Of a stretch of DNA of 64,000 bases, positions 12,766 to 25,609 are shown piece after piece. The DNA is from Octopus vulgaris (lineage: Eukaryota): contig OX597817.1 of assembly GCA_951406725.2 (NCBI GenBank), positions 172,546,001 to 172,610,000 of the forward strand. The letters are read 5' to 3'. A model generated the notes under the pieces. It was not told the DNA's origin and made no database searches. It saw only the letters and a list, made by a program, of their open reading frames with translations. How positions within the stretch are numbered: the stretch's first letter is position 1; the number at the start of each line of letters is the position of its first letter. The translations under genes were made by a program, and so were the position numbers.

Positions 12766-13837
12766 CTAACAGCATGGGACTCATATCTTGCAAACTTCAC
12801 CTGTGAGTAAAAGCGTACACTGTCCGAGAGACGAGAATCTTTGTATGGATGCTAAGATGAGAGTTTAGAAAAGCTCCCTCTCAACTTTCTGAGTTCAGTT
12901 CTCCACAAGGTCCATTTAAATTTATTTATTATACTTCTATTTGTCAATAAATTAAATATCGATCAAGTACTGATGTTTATTCAACCAACTGTAGCATTTT
13001 CTTACGTATATTCAGCCAGGTGCTGAAGCGAGGTATCAATATAGTTTAGTTTCATTATTTCGCGTTACACCCTTTAAAGACTGCGAACTGAAGTTATTTC
13101 ATTGTATTTATATCGCTAATTACCTGTAATAAAACAATTGTTCTAAAATAATTTCATATAAACTTTCTCTTTCTCATCTCTAATAAATTTCAGGCGTTGT
13201 GTATTTGAAAACATTGTTGTCTGACATTTTGGAATTTTCCTTCCAATCTTTTCAAACGGAGAAGTATTCTGTTATGACGTCATATAATAAGCGTTCGTTT
13301 TTAAAACTCATAAATCATTGATGGTGAGAGAGAGATATATACATAGTTGAAGAAAAACAGAGTTTTTACACTTTTCAAATGTTTCTATTACGATGTAATA
13401 ATTGTCATGTCTTTTAAGAAAAATCTCAGCGTATTCTTATTTCCTATCTTTAATGCTTCAACAGACACCAACACTGGAATTATTTTGTATACAAGATATT
13501 ATTGAAATATTTCACTGACGATCTGTTACACAACGAAGTTATGCTACAGCCACCACATATACTTCCTGCTATCGTTAAACACAATGGAAACTTAATGACT
13601 AAATTGTGTGATACTCGAGAAAGGACTTTTTTTCTCTTTTTGTCTGCACGTACCCACATATAATTGTTTCTTCTTACTTACGGCTATCCATCAAATCCAA
13701 CGATGACCGTCTTCTCCTTCAGTTGTGAATTTTTGATGGCCGTATATTCCAGTTCTTGGTGAAAAGACGGTGCATGTAAATTTTGAGTTGGAGAAGCCCA
13801 TTGTAATTCTATTTGCATGATCTTTTCTAGCTTCACC

Positions 13838-14062
13838 TATTTCTTTACTACCCACAAGGGGTAAATACAGAGGGGACAAACAAGGACAGACACACGGATT
13901 AAGTCGACTACATCAACCCCAGTGCGTAACTGGTACTTAATTTATCGACCCCGAAAGGATGAAAGGCAAAAACGACCACGGCGGAATTTGAACTCAGAAC
14001 GTAACGGCGGACGAAATACGGCTACGCATTTCCCCCGGCATGCTAACGATTCTGCCAGCTAG
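13838..14062 (-). mobile_element. SINE family B
   Basis: Near-complete match to 47039-47268. Confidence 0.85.
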
Positions 14063-14149
14063 TCTGTTAATGCTAAGTGTGTGTTTTTTTTTTGGGGGGG
14101 GGGGTTCCTATATATCTTCAGTAACCAAAAAAGGACGGTAAATAGTGAT

Positions 14150-17060
14150 GTCCTCCACTCTAATCACGTCAGTGTTCTTTTTTAAATATGTCTTCAGTTG
14201 GTCTTTGAACCGCTTCTTTGGTCTTCAAATCAAATATTGACCATGGTGTAGCCGACTGTACAGGATCCTAAGTGAAAGATGCGAATCAGATATGCATGAT
14301 GCAGGATCAAATCATCTTGGGTGATGCTTGTATAATGTGAAATCGATGCCAATGATTTTGTTTCGGCGAAGGCTTTTTGTGTGCATAAAACCCCCTGGCC
14401 AAGTATTCAGAGAACTGCTTGTATAGGCCTACCAGGTAGCACATATTAGCACTGTCATTGAAACGTTAAATATATTTGGTCTAAACTTTTTGACCCAAGC
14501 GGACAGGAATTGTCGAAGGGCAGGAATTTTCGTGAATCATTTCGATATAGGAAAGTCTCGTTACTGGGGTTCAGATGACTGTTTAGAAGGACATTAGTTC
14601 TGATCCTCCCAAAGAACACAGAGAGTGTCTGGGGTGATTTAGAATATGTCCTGTGTTTGCAGTCAGGAGAACTGAAGCTATTTATGTGTCTTCAGATTGT
14701 TGTAGTAAAAAAGTAAGAAAGGAATGGGCTGTTTGGTGACATCTGTTCAGTTTTCTGGATGTAACTGATTCGTTTTCTGGATGTAACTGTCAATCCCATT
14801 CCTTTATAACCTGTAACGGTTGCCGAGTTATCGGGGCTTCCCGAATGTGAATGACTAGAGAACAACCGCTGCCACACTGTAGTCTAATGACATGTTCACA
14901 TCTGGATTTGCCTGAAGCTTTTTGATGTTGAAAAGTTAACTCGGAAATAAATATTGACAAATTCCTATACCGCGGTCATACAGATGAGGAAGATATTAAA
15001 CAGTATTAGAGCCAGCACTCCTCCTTGCTTAATTTCCATTCTTACAATACTCTCCAATAACGAGTCGTACCATCGTCTCTGTACGGAAATTATGGGAGAG
15101 ATTGTCGAATTTGGGCGGGCTCCCAAAGGGTTCCAAACTTTCTGTGAGTATCCTTCAGATGTTCCAAGTTCACAGAACCAACAGCTTTCAACAGATTCGC
15201 AAATGCTATGAACAAATCTTTATGTTGCGTCGTGTATTTCCCCTGGAAGATGCATTATGCTTCTCTCCCTGTCAAACACACACTGAGATTCTGGTGATAT
15301 TTTCTGATATTGATTGAACCTTTCTAGTAATAAACAAGAATGCCTTATTTTTCTGTCGTAGAAAACAGATTTATTTCCCTTGGTTTGTCGATGGTAATGG
15401 TGTTACCTTCAAATGGTAAAGTGTTAGAATCCTGGAAATTTCCTGTAATTTTTTTTTTGCTTTTTAAAGTTTTTGTAACCGCATTAATTTTCGTGAATGT
15501 CAGCAACTTATTAAAGTGGTAGACGAAGTCATACCACAAGACTTTTTTTCCCTGATGGCTGCATTCACTGGTTTTGTAACTGGTTAAAAATCTTGACCAC
15601 TTTACAATATTTCAGAGTGGTCTTACAGTAGAAAGTTGATTCCCGATGACCGTTGCTATGAAATAGTTCCGAGGATCATAGAAAGTCTTTATCTGATTAA
15701 AGAAATTATGCATCTTGTTCTTGTTAGTATGTATCTGGATTCTCTTGAACTTTTAAAATCCACCAAGAAGTTGAACAAAGAGTACGAGTTTTCAAAGTAC
15801 AAAGAACGTATTGCGCTTCATTCTAAAACACTTGCCAATGGGTTTTTTTTTTTCTCTCTAGTTTCAGCTCAGAGCTGCGGCCATGCTGATGCACCGCCGT
15901 TTTGAAAGAGTCAGCAGCAGTTCGCCATTACCTTCTGTCGGACACACGTGGAGCTTAGGTGTTTCGCTCATAAACACACACAACGCCCGATCCGATATTT
16001 GAACTCGCGACCCCTCGACCGCGAGTCCGATGCTCTAACCACTAGGCCATGTGCGTGATGAAAGATTGTCCTAAGTTGTTTGAACAATCCTTCATCACAC
16101 GTTTTAAGGTCAAGTGTTGTATGTCATTCACAAGGCTACAACTCATTGTCATAGTATTTTACTAAGTCAGTCTTGAAGTTCTTTCGCCATGAATCCAATG
16201 ATGTCGCCAGCAGCATCACAAAGTGTGAAATTCACTCACAAATATTGGCGATAACATTTTTAAATACAACGATGGGTGGCAAAATTGGTTGTTTATATAT
16301 CTATGTTTCTCAACGGGTTTCAGTTGGAATCTAGGTCTAGGTGAACGTCTGTGAAGTCAACTTTGGCTAAGTTAATAACTACAGTAAACTGAAGTGCTAT
16401 GTTATTAAAAACAGCTGTGAGATTTTTTTTTCCTTAAGGTATCCAGAAGATGACCATCACAACCCTGTATCATCACTCAACCATCGTTTCGGTGATTATC
16501 TTAATGTTGTGATTAAGTAATTTAGCCTTAAGTATTTTCAGTGTTACTATGTATAGGCCTACCAGGTTGCACATATTAACACTGTCAAATATATTTGACA
16601 CGTCAAATATATTTGGTCTAAACTTTTTGACCCAAGCGGACAGGAATTGTCGAAGGGCAGGAATTTTCGTGAATCATTTCGATATCCGAATAATCGACGC
16701 CAATGTATCTTCTGGAAAATTCGATGGTCCTAATCCTCAGAGGTTTCAATACTGAAGGGTAGAAGCCTATGTTATTGAACTGTGTAAATCTCGCCTTCGA
16801 TTTATGTTTTATATGTTTGAATCAATTGAAAAGAGTTTGCTCATTGATGAAACCTGCTCAATTTCTTAAATCTTGATATTTTATCAAGCAATATTTTTCG
16901 GTTATTAATAATATCTACATCTTAGTAAAGTTTGTTAGTCAACAAATGGGTTTAATTTGTGCAGTCAAGTTTATGAGTTTTTAAAGTTATGATCGCCTTC
17001 CTCTTGGCTAAAGAGTCTATCCTATTGCCAAACTTGCTCCGATTGGCTAGGTATTGTGTG
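14150..17060 (-). mobile_element. Heavily decayed near full-length RTE-clade LINE
   Basis: Hand-translated motifs appear in the expected order: CDAAGDIIGF..KELQD (~16200), WWILKVQE/IQIHTNKNKMHNFFNQIKTFYDP (~15700), QHKDLFIAFANLLKAVGSVN (~15200), RILYSRLHHG..RPKKRFKDQLK (~14200-14275). SINE pieces interrupt it at 15848-16035. Confidence 0.75.
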
Positions 17061-17854
17061 AATCTCTCAATGTTCATTCCTATACTATCGATAAATTAAG
17101 TGCCAGTAAGTACAACAGCGAAAGGAACTCAAAATGATGAAAGTCTAAATTTAACATTGTAGGATTTAAATCCAGATAGTAAATAGGCGTAACAAAACAT
17201 TGTATGATATTTGGTTAGTGATCTATTTATTCTACCATAAATCACACAAACATCTGAGTGTGTACATTGAAGAAATGTCTAGATGTCAAAAACAATGGTC
17301 TGGAGGTTACAAGAGAAACAGTTATGCTATTAAGGAAACAGAATACGTATGACTAATAATGCCCAGTGGGAATGAAACTAAATTCTGTAAGGTACGTTGT
17401 CTGGTGTTCTACAGATTTTCATTAGTTATGTAAAAAAAAAAAGTAAAGGCTAATGTATAGCCCACTCCCAATCGTTGTTTTCTGCTTCAACTCATTGAAA
17501 AAATTTTCTGAGTGTTTTGTTTGTTTGTTTTTCTAATCTCCAATCATATTTTCGCCGACTCTGATCATCGCCAGTCAATTCAATTGAAAATTTTCAAGAT
17601 ACAATCGAAGTGACGACTGGTTGAATGTTTCAAGGCGCACAAAATGCACCACAGTTTTGGGGCAGCCTTTTTCTGAAACATCTTTCTATAGCAACTCAAA
17701 CACTGACCTTATATCGATAAGAAGCAGTGCAATTTTAAGTGACTTTATCTATTAAACTACCGAATATGGTGTGTCGAGTTTAACAGTCGACAACGTAGAG
17801 ATTTACAATGCGCAGAATAATATCTAACCTATCCCATTTCAGAGATATTCACTC

Positions 17855-18800
17855 TTCCTTTTACATTTACTTGTTTCAGTAATTGGATTGTGGCCATGGC
17901 GGGACACCGTCTTGAATGGTTTTAGCCGAACAAATCGAACTGCAGCACCGTAAATCTTCGAGTATATTCCGTATTTTCCCCCAAAATTTAAAGGTCAAAA
18001 TCCCTAGTGCGTACTATATACAAGGTTAAAAATGAAAAATATTTTCTAAGCAATGTCCGAGTCACTATTTGCTGTCCGGCAATGTTTATTCAGACACATT
18101 TTGTGATGTCGAGCACGAAAATACCTTAAGCTAAGCCTGAAAGCAATGAAGTCATAAAAGAATCATCCATAACTTGCAGTAAGCAACATTTATTAAGATA
18201 AAAGTATTCAGAACACAGAATAACATGTAACAAAAACAATTTGCAAACATATTTACATTCCCATACAACAGTTAAGAACATCACCATTATTGTATTACGC
18301 ATGCGCGGAAGTGTTTGTTCGACTAGGTGCTGCTGGCTTAATTATGCACGACTCAAGTTAGAGAAGGAGTGCATATTATACACAAGGTTTAGGTTTTTCA
18401 GAAGTACAGCCCCTTAAAAATTCCCTGCGTATTATACTCAAGGGAGGACTATACTCGAAGATTTACGGTATTTATTTTAAGTCTGGTACTTATTCTATCG
18501 ATCGCTTTTATCGAACCGTTAGTGTTACGGAGATGTAAACAAGCTAACAACACCGGCTATCAAGCGGTGGTAGGAGACAAATTCAAAAGTAAAAACAAAC
18601 ACAAATGCGCAACCCCCACATACAACACACACACATACACAACACACACATACTCACACACACAAACATACATACACAGAGTTTCCATCAACCGAATTAG
18701 TCATACCGGGGTTATAATAGACAATACCTGCCCAAAGCGCCGCACAACGGGAAAGAACTCGAGACCACGTGGTTGCAAAGTTCTTAACCACATAGAAATT
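17855..18800 (-). mobile_element. SINE family A interrupted by a MITE
   Basis: Tail ttacttgtttcagt...gccatggcgggacaccg precedes 17948, and the SINE resumes after 18470 with aagtctggtacttattctatcg. Confidence 0.8.
17948..18468. mobile_element. pogo/Tc2-type MITE
   Basis: Perfect 19-bp TIR ccgtaaatcttcgagtata / tatactcgaagatttacgg. Flanks are CA and TA, and subterminal gcgtaytatacwc motifs are repeated. Confidence 0.85.
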
Positions 18801-18980
18801 CCCCCACCTGGACAGGATGCCAGTCCATCGCAACGTTACTCATTTTTGCCAGCTGAGTGGACTGGAGCAACGTGAAATGAAGTGTTTTGCTCAAGAACAC
18901 AACGCATCGCCCGGTCCAGGAATCGAAACCACAACTTTATGATCATGAGTTGAATGCCCTAACCACTAAGCCATGTGCTC
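18800..18980 (-). mobile_element. Short tRNA/CORE-like SINE with TSD
   Basis: Reverse complement gives head gcacatggcttagtggttaggg...ggtttcgattcc and gttgtgttcttgagcaaaacact. Direct repeat tcttaaccacatag lies on both sides. Confidence 0.75.
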
Positions 18981-19652
18981 CCATGTGCTCTTAACCACAT
19001 AGCCATACATGCGCCTATATTTGTTACATAGCTGAAAATTCTTGTATTTACAGAGAATGAGAAACAGGATAGAGCAAGGGATTGTATGATGTTCATGCTT
19101 TTCACAACAACGTTAGCGAAGCTGGTCGAGTGAAATGACTAACTGTATGGAATCGCTTCTTGGTAGCGCACACAAGACTGATTACGAAAAATATTCTACA
19201 CACTATTTCGTATGAAGTGTAAATACTGTAAAACTTAGAATAATCACTAAGTAATTATACACCCTAATATAATTACTGAGTTTGAAATCTCACATACATT
19301 GTATAAATCCTCAAATTTCATTATAATCTTGTGGTTGGTTTCTGGCTAAAAGCTACCAACTAAAAGGTAAATGGCTGACATCTAAAAGGTCAACTGCTTG
19401 GAATTAGATAACGAACAATGTTTTACTGCTAGCAACTATTGGTAATGGGAGTTCTACTGAAAATAGTGAATTTATAAAGCTATTTCTACTCCTCTTAATA
19501 AAAGGGCTCAGATCACAATCCTGTTAACCTTTTGAACGCGGAAAGTGGATATGTCTGCCTAAAGTTTTATTACCGTTAACTGCGGAAAGCGGTTTTATCC
19601 CACGGTTTTGATTCTCGTTATGCTTCGAGAAGAGACACTCCCAAACTCACTT

Positions 19653-19825
19653 GTTTTTTTTGCAGAAGATAAGTTTTCAAATCTTCTCTTTTTTCTTTTT
19701 TTTTTTTACAGTACAAGTTTTAAAATTTTCTCATTTTTTTACAGAAGATAAGTTTTCAAATCTTCTCAATTATTATTTTTTTTTTTTACAGAACATAAAT
19801 TTTCAAATTTTCTTAATTTTCTTAA
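19653..19825. repeat. Four degenerate ~40-50-bp tandem units
   Basis: tttttttRcagaagataagttttcaaatcttctc repeated with variation. Confidence 0.75.
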
Positions 19826-20021
19826 TAAGGAAGCAAGGTCCTTACCACACAGCTACGCCTGCGCCTCACCCTGAAAATCAAACAACATGGTCAAACAGAC
19901 CGAGATGGCACTTCCGAATCATAGAAATACTCTGCACAGAGCAGGAATGACCATGGAATTAAATTATAGTCAAAGAGTTTAAAAAGAAAAGTGGCCTTTT
20001 TATGAAAAAGTGTTTAATTAC

Positions 20022-20170
20022 TGTTGTGTCTGGGGAGAGTCATTTTCTTTTTGTGCCTTATAATGTAACACACTCACCAGTAAAATTTCCACTTTTTTCT
20101 TATTTTTATTTTCCTAAAATTTTATATTATAAGGCACAAAAATAAAATTACTCTCCCCAGACACAACAGA
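20022..20170. repeat. Inverted repeat with ~43-bp arms
   Basis: ctgttgtgtctggggagagtcattttctttttgtgccttataat mirrors attataaggcacaaaaataaaattactctccccagacacaacag. Confidence 0.85.
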
Positions 20171-20689
20171 ATATGCTTCAACACACGAACTCATATAAAG
20201 AATCTTGCCAACCAAATCCAAAAACGAAATGTTTAATTACTGAAAGACAACAAAAAGCACAATAAATTTCTTAATCAAGAAAGATAACTCTTACAAAAAT
20301 ACTACTCGGTTATTTTTCTTGTTAATGTTTTATAATATTTAGTAAATTTTGTGAAACTTTGAAAGCAATCGATATCGTTTTAAGTTTATGAATGACGTAA
20401 GAGAAACGGAAATTCTTTCTATTACTTTTTTTTTTGGCTTTTATTTCATGTGTTGTAAAATGGAAATATAGACAAATATATCCATAACTTGTTTCAAATG
20501 TAGATGGCTGACAAAAACCAGTTTTATAAACAATGACTGGATGTTACCTGGCGTTAAAAGATATTTGTGGCGATTATATATGATTTATTACAGGAACGAA
20601 TATACATGCACCGAGAAAATTATGCAATTCTTTATACAATACACTGATGCTATAAATACTCTAAATGGTGTCGGCGGCAGAGGACGAGA

Positions 20690-20741
<52 letters not shown>

Positions 20742-20904
20742 TGTTGTTGTTGTTGTTGTTGCTCTTCTTGCTTAATCCTGTGTCGGACCTGTCCAAATAA
20801 TCTTATGGCAAAATATGTTCTCTTCAACAAGGTCTTGCCCTTATTGAGATGTGTGCCTCAGTGACCCTGAGTGCTATGCCAGCGGAACACAAGCCTCTAC
20901 CCTG

Positions 20905-23900
20905 CTGGACAGATCAAAAGATACCGACCAATCAAATACCAAAGAGGGTGCCGACAGAGATCAAAGAGAGGGTCGACTGAGATCAAAGAGGGTGTCAACA
21001 GAGATCAAAGAGAAAGCCGACAGAGATCAAATAAGAGTACCGACAGAGATCAAAGAGGCTGCCGACAGTGAACAAAGACGGAGCCGAATGAGGTCAAAGA
21101 GGGTGCTGACAGAGATCAAATAGGGTGCCGACAGAGATCAAATAGGGTGTCAACCGAGATCAAAGACGATCCCGAAAGAGATCATAGAGGAATGTTGACA
21201 AAGAATAAAGAGGGTGCCGACAGAGATCAAAGAGGGTACCGACAGAGATCAAAGAGTGTGCCGACAGAGGTTAAAGACGAGTGCCGACAGAGATCAAAGA
21301 GGATTGCCGACAGAGATCAAAGAGTGTGTCGAAAGAGATCAAAGAAGATGCCGACAGAGATCAAAGAGCGTGTCGACAGAGATCAAATGGGATTGCCCAC
21401 AGAGATCAAAGAGGATTGCCGACAGAGATCAAAGAGGATTGCCGACAGAGATCAAAGATAATTGCCGACACAGATCAAAGAGGAATGCCGACAGAGATCA
21501 AAGAGGATTGCCGACAGAGATCAAAGAGGATTGCCGACAATCCTCTTTGATCTCTGTCGGCACCCTCTTTGATCTCTGTCTCTCTGTCGGCATCTTCTTT
21601 GATCTCTGTCGGCACCCTCTTGATCTCTCTTTGATCTCTGTCGGCAATCTTCTTTTGATCTCTGTCGGCAATCCTCTTTGATCTCTGTCGGCACCCTCTT
21701 TGATCTCTGTCGCAATCTTCTTGATCTCTGTCGGCAATCTCTGTCTTTTTGATCTCTGTCGGCACCCTCTTTGATCTCTGTCGGCTTTGATCTCTGTCAT
21801 CTTTGATCTCTGTCGGCAATCTTCTTGATCTCTGTCGGCACCCTCTTTGATCTCTGTGGCACCCTCTGATCTTGTCGGCAATTCTCTTTGATCTCTGTCG
21901 GCACCCTCTTTGATCTCTGTCGGCAATCCTCTTTGATCTCTGTCGGCACCCTCTTTGATCTCTGTCGGCACCCTCTTTGATCTCTGTCGGCAATCTTCTT
22001 TGATCTCTGTCGGCACCCTCTTTGATCTCTTTCGGCACCCTATTTGATCTCTGTCGGCAATCTTCTTTGATCTCTGTCGGCAATCCTCTTTGATCTCTGT
22101 CGGCAATCCTCTTTGATCTCTGTCGGCAATCCTCTTTGATCTCTGTCGGCACCCTCTTTGATCTCTGTCGGCACCCTCTTTGATCTCTGTCGGCACCCTT
22201 TTGATCTCTGTCGGCAATCTTCCTTGATCTCTGTCGACACCCCTCTTTGATCTCTGTCGGCAATCCTCTTTGATCTCTGTCGGCAATCCTCTTTGATCTC
22301 TGTCGGCAATCCTCTTTGATCTCTTTCGGCAATCTTCTTTGATCTCTGTCGGCACCCTCTTTGATCTCTGTCGGCACCCTCTTTGATCTCTGTCGGCAAT
22401 CTTCTTTGATCTCTGTCGGCAATCTTCTTTGATATCTGTCGGCAATCCTCTTTGATCTCTGTCGGCAATCCTCTTTGATCTCTGTCGGCACCCTCTTTGA
22501 TCTCTGTCGGCAATCCTCTTTGATCTCTGTCGGCACCCTCTTTGATCTCTGTCGGCAATCTTCTTTGATCTCTGTCGGCAATCCTATTTGATCTCTGTCG
22601 GCAATCCTCTTTGATCTCTGTCGGCAATCCTCTTTGATCTCTGTCGGCACCCTCTTTGATCTCTGTCGGCACCCTCTTTGATCTCTGTCGGCAATCCCCT
22701 TTGATCTCTGTCGACACCCTCTTTGATCTCTGTCGGCAATCCTCTTTGATCTCTGTTGGCAATCCTCTTTGATCTCTGTCGGCAATCCTCTTTGATCTCT
22801 GTCGGCAATCTTCTTTGATCTCTGTCGGCACCCTCTTTGATTTCTGTCGGCACCCTCTTTGATCTCTGTCGGTAATCTTCTTTGATCTCTGTCGGCAATC
22901 TTCTTTGATCTCTGTCGGCAATCTTCTTTGATCTCTGTCGGCACCCTCTTTGATCTCTGTCGGCACCCTTTGATCTCAGTCGGTAATCTTCTTTGATCTC
23001 TGTCGACACCCCTCTTTGATCTCTGTCGGCAATCCTCTTTCATCTCTGTCGGCAATCCTCTTTGATCTCTGTCGGCACCCTCTTTGATCTCTGTCGGCAA
23101 TCTTCTTTGATCTCTGTCGGCAATCTTCTTTGATCTCTGTCGGCACCCTCTTTGATCTCTTTCGGCACCCTATTTGATCTCTGTCGGCAATCTTCTTTTG
23201 ATCTCTGTCGGCAATCCTCTTTGATCTCTGTCGGCACCCTCTTTGATCTCTGTCGGCAATCTTCTTTGATCTCTGTCGGCAATCTTCTTTGATCTCTTGA
23301 TCTCTGTCGGCACCCTCTTTGATCTCTGTTGGCACCCTCTTTGATCTATGTCGGCAATTCTCTTTGATCTCTGTCGGCACCCTCTTTGATATCTGTCGGC
23401 AATCCTCTTTGATCTATGTCGACACCCTCTTTGATCTCTGTCAGCACCCTCTTTGATCTCTGTCGGCAATCTTCTTTGATCTCTGTCGGCAATCTTCTTT
23501 GATCTCTGTCGGCAACCTCTTTGATCTCTGTCGGCACCCTCTTTGATCTCTGTTGGCACCCTCTTTGATCTCTGTCGGTAATCTTCTTTGATCTCTGTCG
23601 GCACCCTCTTTGATCTCTGTTGGCAATCCTCTTTGATCTCTGTCGGCAATCCTCTTTGATCTATGTCGGCAATCCTCTTTGATCTATTTCGTTAATCCTC
23701 TTTGATCTCTGTCGGCAATCCTCTTTGATCTCTGTCGGCACCCTCTTTGATCTCTGTCGCCAATCCTCTTTGATCTCTGTCGGCACCCTCTTTGATCTCT
23801 GTCGGCAATCTTCTTTGATCGCTGTCGGCCATCTTCTTTGATCTCTGTCGGCAATCCTCTTTGATCTCTGTCGGCACACTCTTTGATCTCTGTCGGCAAT

Positions 23901-24711
23901 CCTCTTTGATCGCTCTCGGCCATATTCTTTGATCTCTGTCGGCAATCCTCTTTGATCTCTGTCGGCACCCTCTTTGATCTCTGTCGGCAATCTTCTTTGA
24001 TCGCTGTCGGCCATCTTCTTTGATCTCTGTCGCCAATCCTCTTTGATCTCTGTCGGCACCCTCTTTGATCTCTGTCGCCAATCCTCTTTGATCTCTGTCG
24101 GCACACTCTTTGATCTCTGTCGGTACCCTCTTTGATCTCTGGCCGCACCCTCTTTGATCTCTGGCGGCACCCTCTTTGATCTCTGTCGACAACCCTCTTT
24201 GATCTCTGTCGACAATCCTCTTTGATCTCTGTCGGCACCCTCTTTGATCTCTGTCGGCACCCTCTTTGATCTCTGTCTGCAATTCTCTTTGATCTCTGTC
24301 TGCAATCCTCTTTGATCTCTGTCGGCAATCTTCTTTGATCTCTGTCGGCAATCCTCTTTGATCTATGTCGGCAATCTCTTTGATTTCTGTCGGCTCCCTC
24401 TTTGATCTATGTCGCCAATCCTCTTTGATCTCTGTCGGCACCCTCTTTGATCTCTGTCGGCAATCCTCTTTGATCTATGTCGGCAATCCTCTTTGATCTC
24501 TGTCGGCTCCCTCTTTGATCTATGTCGCCAATCCTCTTTGATCTCTGTCGGCACCCTCTTTGATCTCTGTCGGCACTCTCTTTGATCTATGTCGCCAATC
24601 CTCTTTGATCTATGTCGGCACCCTCTTTGATCTCTGTCGGCACCCTCTTTGATCTATGTCGGCAATCCTCTTTGATCTCTGTCGGTAATCTTCTTTGATC
24701 TCTGTCGGCAC
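20905..24711. repeat. 22/23-bp minisatellite (~165-170 units by length) with an internal orientation switch at ~21537
   Basis: Constant core ctttgatctctgtcggca with variant linkers ccct, atcct or atctt. The array is in the opposite orientation over 20905-21535. Confidence 0.97.
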
Positions 24712-25009
24712 TATTCTAATAAGCTATTCTACAACTGCCATTTTAGCTAAAAAATATCCCAAAAGCTCTAGAATTGTGAACTCGCTATTGTGTTATGTTT
24801 ATTTGAACAAATTCAACAAAAATATTAAATTCTTTGTGTTGCGATACTTGTGAATCGACTTGATACTGGGTCATGACTTTGAGTCTCCATGGGAATAAAT
24901 TTAATCGACCAATCAAAACTAACAAAGTAGATAACAATTCATTGGTCGAGGTGACACTCTTCTTTCCTTCCTCTGCACATGATAAATAATGTAAAGTTGA
25001 CTGCTCAGC

Positions 25010-25510
25010 CTCCTTCGTCTCCTCTTTTAGCTTGGGGAACAATCAAAACCCACAGGGAACAAGATGTGGACTGTAGGAAGGATGTGAGACAGTTTTGATG
25101 CCCATCTTTGTCAAGTAGTTGGTAATCAGGATGGAATTGTGAACTGTTGCATTGTTCTGGTACATGTGTTCTAGACTTTTTGCGATGAAATCTCTTCCTG
25201 GACGCCCTCAAAATCTTCACAAAGTACTCTTTGCTGACCGTCTGCTCAGAAGGAACTCAGTGGGTGTAGATTATGCTCTTGCTGTCGAAAAAGAGAATCA
25301 TCATGAGCTTCCGGCAGACTTGCTTTACCTAGCCTCTTGTGCCAACGAAAAACAGATGCTAGTCTTATACAAGTTCATCCGTAAGCAAGCTGGGGCATTT
25401 CATATGTTTCTGCAGCATTTTTGCACAGTTTAACACAAACTTTATTGCATAGCAGTCTTCCATATTGACTTCCCGTCCCGACTACATCTCCGAACTAGTC
25501 AGCCGTAACA
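25010..25510 (-). mobile_element. Mariner transposase catalytic-domain fragment
   Basis: Hand translation SKSAGKLMMILFFDSKSIIYTH*VPSEQTVSKEYFVKILRASRKRFHRK, then a decayed YSPDLAP-like block followed by LFPKLK. Confidence 0.8.
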
Positions 25511-25609
25511 AGCGGTATTTAGTTGTGTGTGTTCGCTTTTCTTCAATCGTCTCCTTCAATCTGTAAAAACAAAAGTTGGTAGATTAGCTTATTAGATATA
25601 TAGTACTGA

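Noticed and set aside
21475-24441. Long ORFs up to 541 aa in the minisatellite
   Set aside because: Overlapping ORFs appear in all three frames because the unit lacks stops on that strand. Mixed 22/23-bp units do not preserve frame.
20905-24711. CRISPR-like array
   Set aside because: The variable part is only 4-6 bp with recurring states. There are no unique spacers or cas genes, and the context is eukaryotic.
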